64,000 nt of DNA, from NCBI GenBank assembly GCA_963762145.1, contig CAVXJS010000010.1, positions 256,001 to 320,000 of the forward strand, given 5' to 3'. Below, one piece after another: positions 52,672-63,335 of the stretch (its first letter is position 1; every line of letters starts with the position of its first letter). The notes below the pieces were generated by a model, which saw only the letters and a program-made list of their open reading frames with translations, had not been told where the DNA came from and made no database searches. Made by a program: the position numbers and the translations under genes. The stretch comes from an uncultured Candidatus Rokubacteria bacterium. Lineage in GTDB: Bacteria; Methylomirabilota; Methylomirabilia; Rokubacteriales; CSP1-6.

Positions 52672-54490
52672 ATGAAGATCAGCGCCGTAAAGAAGCTGTT
52701 CGTGGGATCACCGCTCGCTACGGCGCAGGCCCGGCACGAGCGGCTCTCGAAGACGTCCGCGCTCGCGGTCTTCTCGTCCGACGCGCTCTCCTCGGTGGCG
52801 TACGCCACCGAGGAGATCCTGCTGGTCCTGGTGGTCGCGGGCACCGCCGCGCTCGTCTACTCGATTCCGATCGGGCTCGCGATCGCGGTGCTGATCGCGG
52901 TCGTGGTCAGCTCGTACCGGCAGACCATCCTGGCCTATCCCCAGGGCGGCGGCTCCTACATCGTCACCAAGGACAACCTGGGCCAGGTGCCCGGGCTCGT
53001 CTCCGGGGCCGCGCTGCTCATCGACTACGTGCTGACGGTCGCGGTGAGCGTGGCCGCGGGCGTGGCCGCCATCACCTCCGCGTTCCCCGTCCTCTACGAC
53101 TATCGCGTCCCGCTCGGCGTGCTCTTCGTCGCCGGGATCGCGACCATGAACCTTCGGGGCCTGCGGGAGTCGAGCAATCTCTTCGCGGTCCCGACCTACC
53201 TCTTCGTGATGAGCTTCGGGGGCATGCTCGCCTACGGCTTCATCCGGTGGGTGGCGGGATGGGAGACTCCGCCGCCTCCGACCGCCGATCTCGCGGTGAC
53301 CCAGGACCTGTCCCTCTTCCTGGTGCTGCGCGCGTTCTCCTCCGGCTGCGCCGCGCTCACCGGCGTCGAGGCGGTGTCCGACGGCGTGCCCGCCTTCCGG
53401 CCGCCGGAGGCGCGCAACGCCCGCGTCGTGCTCGCCTGGCTCGGGTTCGATCCTGATCACGCTGTTCGTCGGCATCACGTTCCTGGCCCGTCACCTGCAC
53501 ATCGTGCCGCGGGAGGACGAGACGGTGGTCTCGCAGCTCGCCCGCCTCATCTTCGGAGACGGGCTCCTGTACTACGAGATCCAGGTCGTCACCATGTTCA
53601 TCCTGGTCTTCGCGGCCAACACCGCCTTCGCCGACTTCCCGCGGCTGGCCTACTTCCTGGCCCGCGACGGCTTCATCCCCCGCCAGTTCGCCACCCGCGG
53701 CGATCGGCTCGTCTTCTCCAACGGGATCCTGATCCTGGGCGGCCTCGCCGCCCTCCTCATCGTGCTGTTCGGCGGGGCCACCCACGCCCTCATCCCGCTC
53801 TACGCGGTGGGGGTGTTCCTCTCCTTCACGCTCTCGCAGGCGAGCATGGTGCGGCGCTGGCTCACTCGCCGCGAGCCGGGCTGGCGGTGGCGGTGGGGCC
53901 TCAACGCGGTGGGAGCGGCCACCACCGGCCTCGTGATGCTGGTCATCGCGATCACCAAGTTCAGTCACGGGGCCTGGATGGTCGTGCTGCTGATCCCGCT
54001 GCTGGTGGCGGTCTTCATGATGATCCATCGCCACTACGCCGACGTGGCGGGCCAGCTCTCGCTCGACGAGTACGGAGGGCCGCCCCCGATCGACCACACC
54101 GTGCTCGTGCTGGTGGGCGACCTGCACCGCGGGGTGGCCTCCGCGCTGCGCTACGCGCAGAGCCTCTCGGCGTCGGTGAAGGCGGTCTACGTCGAGATGG
54201 ATCCGGAGCGGACGCAGAAGCTCGAGGAGAAGTGGGGCAAGTGGGGGCTCGGGGTTCCCCTCGTGGTGCTGACGTCGCCCTACCGGTCGCTGCTCACCCC
54301 GTTCCTCGACTACGTCAACCACCTCCTCGCGCTGAGCGAGCGCCAGGTGGTCACGATCGTGATCCCGGAGTTCGTTCCGGCCCGGTGGTGGCAGCATCTC
54401 CTCCACAACCAGACCGCCCTGCTCATCAAGGGCGCGCTGCTGTTCCGCAAGGGCGTCGTGGTCGTGGACGTCCCCTTCCACCTCCGATGA
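52672..54490 (+). CDS. KimA/YdaO-like APC transporter, copy 1 (frameshift near 53450)
   Basis: FSSDALSSVAYATEEIL, AYPQGGGSY, TGVEAVSDG, ANTAFADFPRL, LHNQTAL; own TTGACA/TAGCGT promoter at 52630-52659. Confidence 0.88.
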
Positions 54491-56311
54491 ATCTCTCCAA
54501 GCTCAAACGATGGTTCGTGGGCACGCCGATCGCGACGGCCCAGGCGCACCACGAGCGGCTCGGCCCGGTCACCGGTCTCGCCGTCTTCGCTTCCGACAAC
54601 CTCTCCTCGGTGGCGTACGCCACCGAGGAGATTCTGCGTGTGCTCCTCCTCGCCGGGGTGGGGGCGCTCGCGTTCTCGGTGCCCATCGGCTTCTGCATCG
54701 CCGCGGTGATCGGGATCGTGATCATGTCGTACCGTCAGAACATCGCGGCGTACCCGCAGGGCGCCAGCGACTACATCGTGGCCAAGGACAACCTGGGGGT
54801 CTTCCCGGGCCTGACCGCGGGCGCCGCCCTCCTCATCGACTACACCCTGACGGTGGCGGTGAGCGTCTCCGCCGGAGTCGCCGCGCTCACCTCCGCCTTC
54901 CCGGTGCTCTACCCGTACCGGGTCGTGCTCGGCGTGGGCCTGGTGGTGCTCGTCGCGGTGGCGAACCTGCGGGGCATTCGCGAGTCCGGCCGGGTGTTCG
55001 CGGTGTGGAGCTACCTGTTCATCGCCGGGTATGCGCTGCTGATGGTCTACGGCTTCGCGGCGCTCGCGATCTGGGGCCGCCCCCCGGTGGAGTCGGTCGC
55101 GCCCCCTCCACCGCCTCTCGCCGAGCTCGGCGTGTTCCTGCTCCTGCGTGCCTTCGCCTCCGGCGCGGTCGCCCTCACCGGGATCGAGGCGGTCTCGGAC
55201 GGCACCCCGGCGTTCCGGCCGCCGGAGGTGCGCAACGCGCAGACCGTGCTCGCGGTCCTCGGCGTGATCATGATCACGCTGTTCCTCGGCATCACGGTGC
55301 TGGCGGCCAGCTACGAGATCGTGCCGCACGACCAGGAGACCGTGGTCTCCCAGCTCGCCCGCGAGGTCTTCGGGGGCGGCCTGCTCTACTACTTCATCCA
55401 GGGCGTCTCGATGGTCATCCTGGCCCTCGCGGCCAACACCGCGTTCGCCGACTTCCCCCGGCTGGCGTCGTTCATGGCGCGCGACGGGTTCCTGCCCCGG
55501 CAGTTCGCGAGCCGGGGCGACCGGCTGGTGTTCTCGAACGGGGTCATCATCCTGGCGGTGGCCGCGTCGGCGCTGATCGCGCTCTTCGACGGGAGCACGC
55601 ACTCCCTGATCCCGCTCTACGCCCTCGGGGTCTTCACGTCGTTCACGCTGTCGCAGGTGGGCATGGTGCGCCGCTGGCTCACGCAGCCGCCCCGCGGGAT
55701 GGCGGCCGAAGGCGCTGATCAGCGGGCTGGGCGCGGCGACCACCGGGCTCGTGATGGTGGTCACCGCGCTCGCCAAGTTCTCGGACGGGGCGTGGATCGT
55801 GGTGGTGATCGCGGGCGCCCTCATCGCGGGCTTCGTGAGCATCAACCGCCACTATCGCGAGGTGGCGGGCCAGCTCTCGCTCGACGGCTACGCGGGGCCG
55901 CCGCCCATGCAGCACACCGTGCTCGTCCTGGTCGGCGATCTCCACAAGGGGGTCGTGCAGGCGCTGCAGTACGCGCGCACCCTCTCGCCGTCGGCCAAGG
56001 CGGTCTACGTGGAGATGGATCCGGAGAAGACGCGCCGGCTCGAGGAGAAGTGGGGCAAGTGGGGCTTCGGCGTGCCGCTGGTGGTGCTGACGTCACCCTA
56101 CCGGCTGCTGCTGTCGCCGCTGCTCGACTACGTGGACCATCTCCTCGCGCTCGGCGAGAACCACATGGTGACCATCGTCATCCCCGAGTTCATTCCGGCC
56201 AAGTGGTGGCAGCAGCTCCTCCACAACCAGACCGCGCTGGTGATCAAGGGCGCGCTGCTCTTCCGGCGAAATGTGGTGGTCACGGACGTCCCGTACCACC
56301 TGCGGAGGTAG
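54487..56311 (+). CDS. KimA/YdaO-like APC transporter, copy 2 (frameshift near 55690)
   Basis: ATGA overlap with copy 1. FASDNLSSVAYATEEIL, TGIEAVSDG, LHNQTAL. Confidence 0.88.
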
Positions 56312-56369
56312 TGAACGGTAATGAACCGGGGCTTGCCGAGGGACTCCAGATGAGTATTCTTGGGCAGAG

Positions 56370-57341
56370 ATGAGCTCGTTCCCGACCCTGCAGGCACCGC
56401 TCGTCACGATCCGGTCGGCGACGGCAGCCGATCATGACGCGTTGCAGGCCCTCGAGGGTGCCGCCCCGGACTCGCGGGCGAGCCTGCTCCAGGCCCGGCG
56501 GAACTTCTTCTCCCGGATGGCCGCCTACGACCGTACCCATGTCCTGGTCGCCGAGCAGGAGGGCCGGGTGGTCGGGGTCCAGTGCCTGGCCCTGACTCCC
56601 GTGCGGGTGGCGGGTCAGCCCTGCGCGGCCGGGTACTCGTTCAATACCCGCGTCGCGCCCGCCCACCAGACCCGGGGCCTCGGCACCCGGCTCATGAAGG
56701 CCGGAGCCGAGTGGCTCGAGCGCCAGGGCTGTCGCTATGTCACGGGCCTCATCGGCATCTCCAACACCGCGTCAATGAAGATGGTTGGGGCGCTGGGCTG
56801 GGAGACCGCGGGGCGCTTCGACTATCTGATCCTGGATCTGGCCCGGTTCGAGCCCGACCCGGCCGTGCGCATCCGGAAGGTGGATGCGCTCGGGGATCCG
56901 GCCCATGCCGCGTGGCGGTTCGGGGAGGTCTCGCTCCACCACTTCGTACCGCGGTACCTGGTCTCGGAGCTCTTCACGCCGTACCCCAAGGGCGCCTACA
57001 TGGGGAGCTTGACCGCGTTCGGACCCGGGGGTAGCGCCTGGGTCTCCCTCTGGGACGACCGGGTCCGGCGTGGCCTGGATCCGGAGGTGGTCCGGGCGGT
57101 CAAGGCCTATGACGTGACCCTCAAGGGGGTGGGGGGCTTCCGCGCCTTCTCGGGCATCGCCAATACCCTCCGGGAGGCGGGTCTCGATCATGTCCTGATG
57201 CCGCTCCCGCACGATCCCGCGATGCGGGAGGTCCTGGAGCCCTACGCGGCGGAGATCCTGGAGTTCAATTTCGTCATCAAGCGACTGAACGGCGCGGGGC
57301 CCCTCCCCCCGGGCCCCATCTACTTCGACATCCGGCACTGA
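56370..57341 (+). CDS. GNAT family N-acetyltransferase
   Basis: RVAPAHQTRGLGTRL motif A; N..S motif B. Confidence 0.8.
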   Translation: MSSFPTLQAPLVTIRSATAADHDALQALEGAAPDSRASLLQARRNFFSRMAAYDRTHVLVAEQEGRVVGVQCLALTPVRVAGQPCAAGYSFNTRVAPAHQTRGLGTRLMKAGAEWLERQGCRYVTGLIGISNTASMKMVGALGWETAGRFDYLILDLARFEPDPAVRIRKVDALGDPAHAAWRFGEVSLHHFVPRYLVSELFTPYPKGAYMGSLTAFGPGGSAWVSLWDDRVRRGLDPEVVRAVKAYDVTLKGVGGFRAFSGIANTLREAGLDHVLMPLPHDPAMREVLEPYAAEILEFNFVIKRLNGAGPLPPGPIYFDIRH

Positions 57342-57407
57342 GCCGGTCGCCGGTTGCCGGCGCTGCGTTCCGCTGCCCGGACGCCTCTGGTACACTGAAG
57401 CGCCGTC

Positions 57408-57520
57408 ATGGAGGCAAGCTTCGTCGTCCCGGGCCCCCTGGACGTGGCCGGGACGCTCTCCCGGTTCCACCTCTGGGTCGGAGACCCGGCCAACCGATTC
57501 GCCGACCCTGTCGCCCTCCC
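57408..57520 (+). pseudogene. Possible 5' remnant of an AlkA-like glycosylase
   Basis: MEASFVVPGPLDVAGTLSRFHLWVGDPANRF resembles N-termini of HhH-GPD glycosylases, then degenerates; TACACT upstream. Confidence 0.3.
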
Positions 57521-57619
57521 GGCGCCGGGACGCCCAGTGGTTTCCGGTCCGTCGTGTGGACCGGGGCGTGCGATGAGTGAGCCGGCGGTGCGCCGCCGCG
57601 CTGCTGCAGGAGGTGGGGC

Positions 57620-57952
57620 GTGACGCCGCTCGGGAAGTTCCTCCCCATCGTCGGCCAGCCCGATCCGGCCAAGCCGAAGGACGTGCACCTGGTCGGCCGG
57701 TACGCGCTCGGCGTCACCTGGGCGGACGATCACGGCAGCATCTATCCATTCGATCGGCTCCGGCTGGACGATCCCGCGGGCGGCGAGGTCGACCAAGCGG
57801 CCGCGCTCACCCAGGAGATGACGTGGCCGAAGGAGATCAAGAAGCTCCCGGATACGCTGCGGGTGCTGTGGCTGGACGGCCGCGAGAGCCTCTACCCGTA
57901 CTCCACGCTCCGCGCGCTCTGCCGGTGCGCGGGCTGCACGGGTGGCCACTGA
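57620..57952 (+). CDS. DUF971 (GBBH-like N-terminal) protein
   Basis: VGRYALGVTWADDHGSIYPF..LR and LWLDGRESLYPYSTLRALCRCAGC; SD GGAGG, GTG start. Confidence 0.8.
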   Translation: MTPLGKFLPIVGQPDPAKPKDVHLVGRYALGVTWADDHGSIYPFDRLRLDDPAGGEVDQAAALTQEMTWPKEIKKLPDTLRVLWLDGRESLYPYSTLRALCRCAGCTGGH

Positions 57953-59403
57953 TGAGCGGGGAGCTGGACGTGGCGACGCGCCGAGGGCTGGTGCTGAGCG
58001 GCGTGATGGCCGCCGTGTTCCTGGCCGCGATGGAATCCACCGTGGTGGCCACCGCGATGCCCACCGTGATCGCCAGCCTGGGTGGCATCCGGATCTACTC
58101 GTGGACGTTCTCCGCGTTTCTCCTGACCTCCACCGTGACGATGCCGATCTGGGGCCGGCTCGCCGATCAGATCGGCCGGCGGCCCGCGTACCTGGCCGGG
58201 CTCGCGCTCTTCCTCCTCGGCTCGGCCCTCGCGGGGCTGTCACGCAGCATGGAGCAGCTCATCGCGTTCCGCGCGCTGCAGGGACTGGGGGCGGGGTCCC
58301 TGATCTCGATCGGCATGACCATCGTCGGCGACCTCTACGGGGTCGAGCGGCGGGCGAAGATGCAGGGCTACTTCTCGAGCGTCTGGGGCGTCGCGTCCCT
58401 GGTCGGGCCGCTCGTGGGCGGTCTGCTCACGGATCGCGTGTCCTGGCGCTGGGTCTTCTACATCAACATTCCGTTCGGCCTGCTCGCCGCGGTGGCCATC
58501 GCGATCGGGCCTGCGCGATGAGCGCCGGGATCGGCCGCGCGGGTCATTCGACCTGCTCGGCATGAGCGTGTTCGCGGCCGCGATCTCGGCCCTGCTGGTG
58601 GGCCTGGTCGAGATCGGGGCGGGCGATCCCCGTCGGACGACCGGGACTCGCGCTGCTCGTGCTCTCCGCGGTGCTGCTCGTGCTGTTCGTTCTCTTCGAG
58701 CGCCAGGTGGCCGATCCGGTGATCCCGCTCCGTCTCTTCGCCAATCCGGTCCTGCGCGCGGCCGCGGTCACCGGCTTGCTCTCCGGGATGGCCATGTTCG
58801 GCGCGCTCACCTACGTGCCGCTCTACCTGCAGGCCGTCACCGGCAGCACTGCGACCCAGGCCGGCTGGGTGCTGATGCCGTTCGTGCTGGGCTGGGTGGT
58901 CTTCTCGGTGGTGGGCGCCCGGCTCGTGATGCGCGTGGGCTACCGGCGCGTCGTCCTGGCCGGGATGACCGCGCTCGTGCTCGCCTTCGTCTTGCTCGCG
59001 GGCTGGGACGAATCGCTCACGCGGCTCACCGCGGCCCGTGACATCACGCTCGCGGGCGTCGGCATGGGGCTGGTCTTCGTGCCGATGCTGATCGCGGTGC
59101 AGAACTCGGTGCCGCGATCCCTGCTGGGGTCGGCCACCTCGCTGACCGGATTCTTCCGGACGGTGGGCGGCGCGCTGGGGGTCACGGTGATGGGGGCGGC
59201 GATGACCCACCGGCTCGAGCGGGCCCTCGATGGGGTCGTGGCGACCGCGCCGGTCGAGCTGCAGGAGCCCCTGCGCTGGCTGGCCGCCCATCCGGATCTC
59301 GCGGTCAACCCGATCACCCGGGCGACACTCGGCGAGGCCCTGCTGGGCCAGATGCGCCCGGTGCTGGCTCACGCGATCGGCGGGGTGTTCGTGGTCGGCC
59401 TGT
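57952..59403 (+). CDS. DHA2-type MFS drug efflux transporter (frameshifts; 3' end cut at junction)
   Basis: ESTVVATAMP, WGRLADQIGRR, RALQGLG, WRWVFYINIP; breaks in the last TM segment. Confidence 0.88.
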
Positions 59404-59404
59404 C

Positions 59405-59734
59405 CAGAAGAACAAGTACGGGCTGCCGGCGGTCACGCTCCGGGTCTTCAACGTCCTGAACGTGGACGCCTACCGGCTGCTCGACCACGCGGAAATGCTG
59501 GCGTTCCTGGGCGAGGCGGGGCTCGAATCGGTGCCCCAGCTCGGGACGCTGGTGCTGAACCACACGGTGGACGAGCTGGTGGCCTTCTCCGAAGGGACGA
59601 GCGTGCTCAACCCGAAGGTCCAGCGGGAAGGCGTGGTGCTTCGCCCGCTCGCGGAGGAGTATGACGAGGACATCGGCGGCCGGCTGAGCTTCAAGGCGAT
59701 CAATCCGAAGTTCCTGCTGAAGTACGACGAGTAG
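59405..59734 (+). CDS. RNA ligase (Rnl2/DRB0094-like), C-terminal fragment lacking the 5' end
   Basis: QKNKYGL...LRVFNV (motif IIIa), REGVVLR (IV), SFKAINPKFLLK (V); KxDG motif I absent. Confidence 0.8.
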   Translation, partial: QKNKYGLPAVTLRVFNVLNVDAYRLLDHAEMLAFLGEAGLESVPQLGTLVLNHTVDELVAFSEGTSVLNPKVQREGVVLRPLAEEYDEDIGGRLSFKAINPKFLLKYDE

Positions 59735-59812
59735 GCGGGCGGCTGCGTGGCGAGGGTCAGGTCCTCGCCACCGCCCGAACCACGAAGATCGGCAACGCGA
59801 TATCGGGTCCCC

Positions 59813-60715
59813 ATGAGCACCCTGCAACGCCTGACAGACCGTGGCCTGATCCGGCCGCCGCGATGGCTGCCCGGGAACGTCCAGTACGAGACGATCATGG
59901 GCTCGGTGGCCTACGGGGTGTCCTCGGATACGAGCGACGTCGACGTCTACGGCTGGGCGATCCCGCCGAAGGAGGACATCTTCCCCCACCTCCGGGGCGA
60001 GGTCCCCGGCTTCGGGCGCCAGGCGAAGCGGTTCGAGCAGTTCCAGGAGCACCATATCCAGGACCGGGACGCCCTCGCCGGGCACGGCCGGAGCTACGAC
60101 CTGGCGATCTTCGGCATCGTCAAGTTCTTCGCCCTGGCGATGGAGAACAACCCGAACATCATCGACTCCCTCTTCACGCCCACGACCTGCGTCCTGCACA
60201 GCACTCGGGTGGGCAACCTCGTGCGGGAGAACCGGCGGCTGTTCCTGCACAAGGGGGCCTGGCCGAAGTTCAAGGGGTACGCCTACAGCCAGCTGCACAA
60301 GCTGGCGATCAAGGAGCCGCAGGGCAAGCGGGCCGAGCTGGTCGCCGAGCACGGCTTCGACACCAAGTTCGGCTACCACGTCGTCCGGCTCATCGGCGAG
60401 GTGGAGCAGATCCTGATGGAAGGCGACATCGACCTCCAGCGCAATAACGAGCAGCTCAAGGCGATCCGCCGGGGTGAATGGACCGAGGAGCGTCTGCGTC
60501 AGTGGTTCGCGGACAAGGAGGCGGACCTCGAGCGCGTGTTCGCCGAGAGCACGCTCCGGGCCGTGCCGGACGAGGCGGGGCTGCGAGCCCTGCTCCTGAA
60601 CTGCCTGGAGGAGCATTACGGCAGCCTCGAGGGATGCGTCGTGGACCCCGATCGGGCGGTCGTCGCCCTGCGGAACATCCAGGCCGAGCTGGAACGGGTG
60701 AAGGACCTGCTATGA
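59813..60715 (+). CDS. Pol-beta superfamily nucleotidyltransferase (RlaP/YcgL-like), copy A
   Basis: GSVAYG...SDVDVYG, NNPNIIDSL, GYAYSQ, FDTKFGYHVVRL. Confidence 0.85.
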   Translation: MSTLQRLTDRGLIRPPRWLPGNVQYETIMGSVAYGVSSDTSDVDVYGWAIPPKEDIFPHLRGEVPGFGRQAKRFEQFQEHHIQDRDALAGHGRSYDLAIFGIVKFFALAMENNPNIIDSLFTPTTCVLHSTRVGNLVRENRRLFLHKGAWPKFKGYAYSQLHKLAIKEPQGKRAELVAEHGFDTKFGYHVVRLIGEVEQILMEGDIDLQRNNEQLKAIRRGEWTEERLRQWFADKEADLERVFAESTLRAVPDEAGLRALLLNCLEEHYGSLEGCVVDPDRAVVALRNIQAELERVKDLL

Positions 60716-61489
60716 GCGAGGACCGGACCGTGGACGTCGATGAACGGCTCAGGCAGGAGGTCGCCCGCCACCCGTACCCGCTGGTCTTCGCCACGATCAG
60801 CGGGGCGCACCTCTACGGCTTCCCGTCGCCCGACTCGGACTACGACCTGCGGGGCTGCCACGTCCTGCCGGCGCGGGAGGTGGTCGGCCTCGACGTCGGG
60901 CCGGAGACGATCGAGTCCTCGAAGGACGAGGACGGGCTCGAGCTCGACCTGGTCACGCACGACGCCCGGAAGTTCTTCGGCCTGATGCTGAGGAAGAACG
61001 GCTACGTGCTGGAGCAGCTGTACTCGCCGCTCGTGGTCCACACCACGCCCGAGCACGAGGAGCTGAAGGCGATCGCCCGCGGGCTGCGTCACGAGGTACC
61101 AAGCCCACCACTACTTCGGGTTCGCCGAGACGCAGTGGAGGCTGTTCGACAAGGAGCGGCCCCGGCGGGTCAAGCCGCTGCTCTACGTCTACCGGGTTCT
61201 CCTCACGGGCATCCACCTGATGCGAACGGGCGAGGTCGAGGCGAACCTCGTGCGGCTCAACGTGGAGGCCCGGCTCTCGCACGTCGATGACCTCATCGCC
61301 CGGAAGATCGCCGGGCCCGAGAAGTCGGCCCTCGACGATGCCGACGTGGCGTTCCACCGACGGGAGTACGAGCGGCTCAGGGCCGAGCTGGAGGCGGCCC
61401 ATCAGTCCAGTTTGCTGCCCGAGACGCCGACCGCCCGGCCGGCCCTGAATGACCTGCTCGTGCGGATGCGGATGCGAACGGCGGGGTGA
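60712..61489 (+). CDS. Nucleotidyltransferase (RlaP/YcgL-like), copy B (frameshift near 61080)
   Basis: SGAHLYGFPSPDSDYDLRG, KNGYVLEQL, KPLLYVYRVLLTGIHL. Confidence 0.88.
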
Positions 61490-61596
61490 GCGGCTTCGCC
61501 CGCCGCCAGGTCTGCGGCCATCGGTTGTTATCCGGCCCCCAATCGGTCACGATGATCGCTCCACTTACAGTTGTCGAAGGCGCGAGATCGTGACCG

Positions 61597-62571
61597 ATGA
61601 AGAACGTGGGTTGGCTCTTCCTGGCGGTCCTCATCGCGTATGGCTGCGCCGTGGTCGCGCCGCTCCTGCGATACCGGCTTCGGGGTGGGGTCGGCGCCTT
61701 CGTCGGCTGGTGCTTCGTGCCGATGATCCTCGCCTGCCCATTGCTCATCCCGTCCGCGAACGTCGGGCTGCGGGCCGCGTCCGCCTTCGCATCGGGCGAC
61801 ATCACCTTCAAGATGGTCGACTACTTTCGCCATTGGGGCCACGTGGACCGGAGCATCGTCCTTCGCGAGTACTACCGCTTCCTGATCCCGTTCCCGGTCC
61901 TCTCCGCCGTCTATCCCGATCACAAGCGCCGGTTGCTGCGTCCGGAGAGCCCCTGGCCGCAGGTCCTGCGCCTCTTCGGTGGGATCGTCGGTGTCACCAT
62001 GGCCCTCCTGGCGGTGAGGACTCTCTCCGGCATCGCCCAGGTCCGATCGAGCTTCGCGTTGAACCATGCCGTGATGTTGCCGACCTTCGTGCTCGCGATC
62101 GAATCGCTCTCGCGGGCGCTCTGCGGGCTCGAACGCCTGGCGGGATTCGACACGACTCCGATCATCCGAAACGCCTACCTGTCGCGGACCGTCTCCGAGT
62201 TCTGGCGACGGTACAACGACCGGATCCATGACTGGCTCTACCGCAACGTCTTCCAGGCGACCGGAGGCCGACGCGCCCCGGTCCGTTCCGTGCTGCTGGT
62301 GTTCCTGGTCAGCGGCCTGTTTCACGAGGTGATGTTCGCGCTGGCGACCTCGCGACTGACCGGCTATCAGCTCGCGTTCTTCGCGATCCAGGGCCCGGCG
62401 GCGCTGGCCTCGGGACGCCTCGAGCGCCTGGCCAGGCGAGGCGGGATCGCGGGCAAGATCGCGGCCCACGGGGCCACGATCCTCTTCGTCGCCGTCACGT
62501 CCGTCCTCTTCTTCGACGGGGTCGGCAAGATCTTCCCCTTCATCTATGCCAGCCAGTCGCCGCTGCCGTAG
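61597..62571 (+). CDS. MBOAT/wax synthase family O-acyltransferase
   Basis: SRTVSEFWRRYN, FLVSGLFHE (catalytic His), multiple TM segments. Confidence 0.85.
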   Translation: MKNVGWLFLAVLIAYGCAVVAPLLRYRLRGGVGAFVGWCFVPMILACPLLIPSANVGLRAASAFASGDITFKMVDYFRHWGHVDRSIVLREYYRFLIPFPVLSAVYPDHKRRLLRPESPWPQVLRLFGGIVGVTMALLAVRTLSGIAQVRSSFALNHAVMLPTFVLAIESLSRALCGLERLAGFDTTPIIRNAYLSRTVSEFWRRYNDRIHDWLYRNVFQATGGRRAPVRSVLLVFLVSGLFHEVMFALATSRLTGYQLAFFAIQGPAALASGRLERLARRGGIAGKIAAHGATILFVAVTSVLFFDGVGKIFPFIYASQSPLP

Positions 62572-62742
62572 GACGCGTTCCCCAGGTGTCCGTTCAGTGA
62601 CACCACGTCGCTCGTGAGTGTCCTTCGCCAAACGGATAGCGATTGGTGCTTGCGTGCAAAAGTTGGTGGGGTGGCTGCTACAGGAAGGCGAACCGTGAAG
62701 CAGGGCCCACCAGGGCGAATAGCCGGATGAGTCCGATAGCGG

Positions 62743-63335
62743 CTAACCACGGATGGCCTGGATCGCTCGTCCGCTTGCCAGCCGGACCACCACGTCCTTG
62801 TCCTCGAGCGCCGCGGTGAGGGCCGGGACGGCTCCCTGGCGTCCGGGCCAATCCGGCCCAGCGCCCCGCGCTGGCGCAGCGGACATTCCCTGCTCGTCCT
62901 TGAGCGCCGCGGTGAGGGCCGGCACGGCCTCCCTGGCATCCGGGCCGATCCGGCCCAGCGCCTCCGGCTCTCGCCAGCGTCCCAAGCGCCTCGGTGAGGG
63001 CCGGCACGGCCTCCTTGGCCTCCGGGCCAGATCTCTGTCCGCGCCCGAGGCATCGAGCCCGACGACCGGCATCGCGGCATCCGGCCTACCGCGTCCCTGA
63101 GCGGTGCGATGAGGGCCGGCACGGCCTCCCTGGCATCCGGGCCGATCCTGCCCAGCGCCTCAGCGGACTACCCGGACCTCGTCCTTGAGCGCCGCGATGA
63201 GGGCCGGCACGGCCTCCCTGGCAGCCGGGCCGATCCGAGCCCAGCGCGTGCGCGGCATTGCCTGCAGCGGACACTCGAATCCCCGTCCTTGAGGCCCGCG
63301 ATGAGGCCTTCGACTCGTTCCTGCAAATCGGACAT
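62743..63335 (-). pseudogene. Degenerate HEAT-repeat (PBS-lyase-like) gene
   Basis: Repeated ALGRIGPDAREAVPALTAALKD units in shifting frames; ATG at 63335. Confidence 0.75.

Noticed and set aside
52672-56373. 1233-aa giant transporter ORF
   Set aside because: Artefact: two separate KimA-like genes, each with one frameshift, joined through off-frame sequence.
62800-63250. CRISPR-like repeat array
   Set aside because: Repeats encode HEAT motifs, spacers resemble each other, and no cas genes are present.
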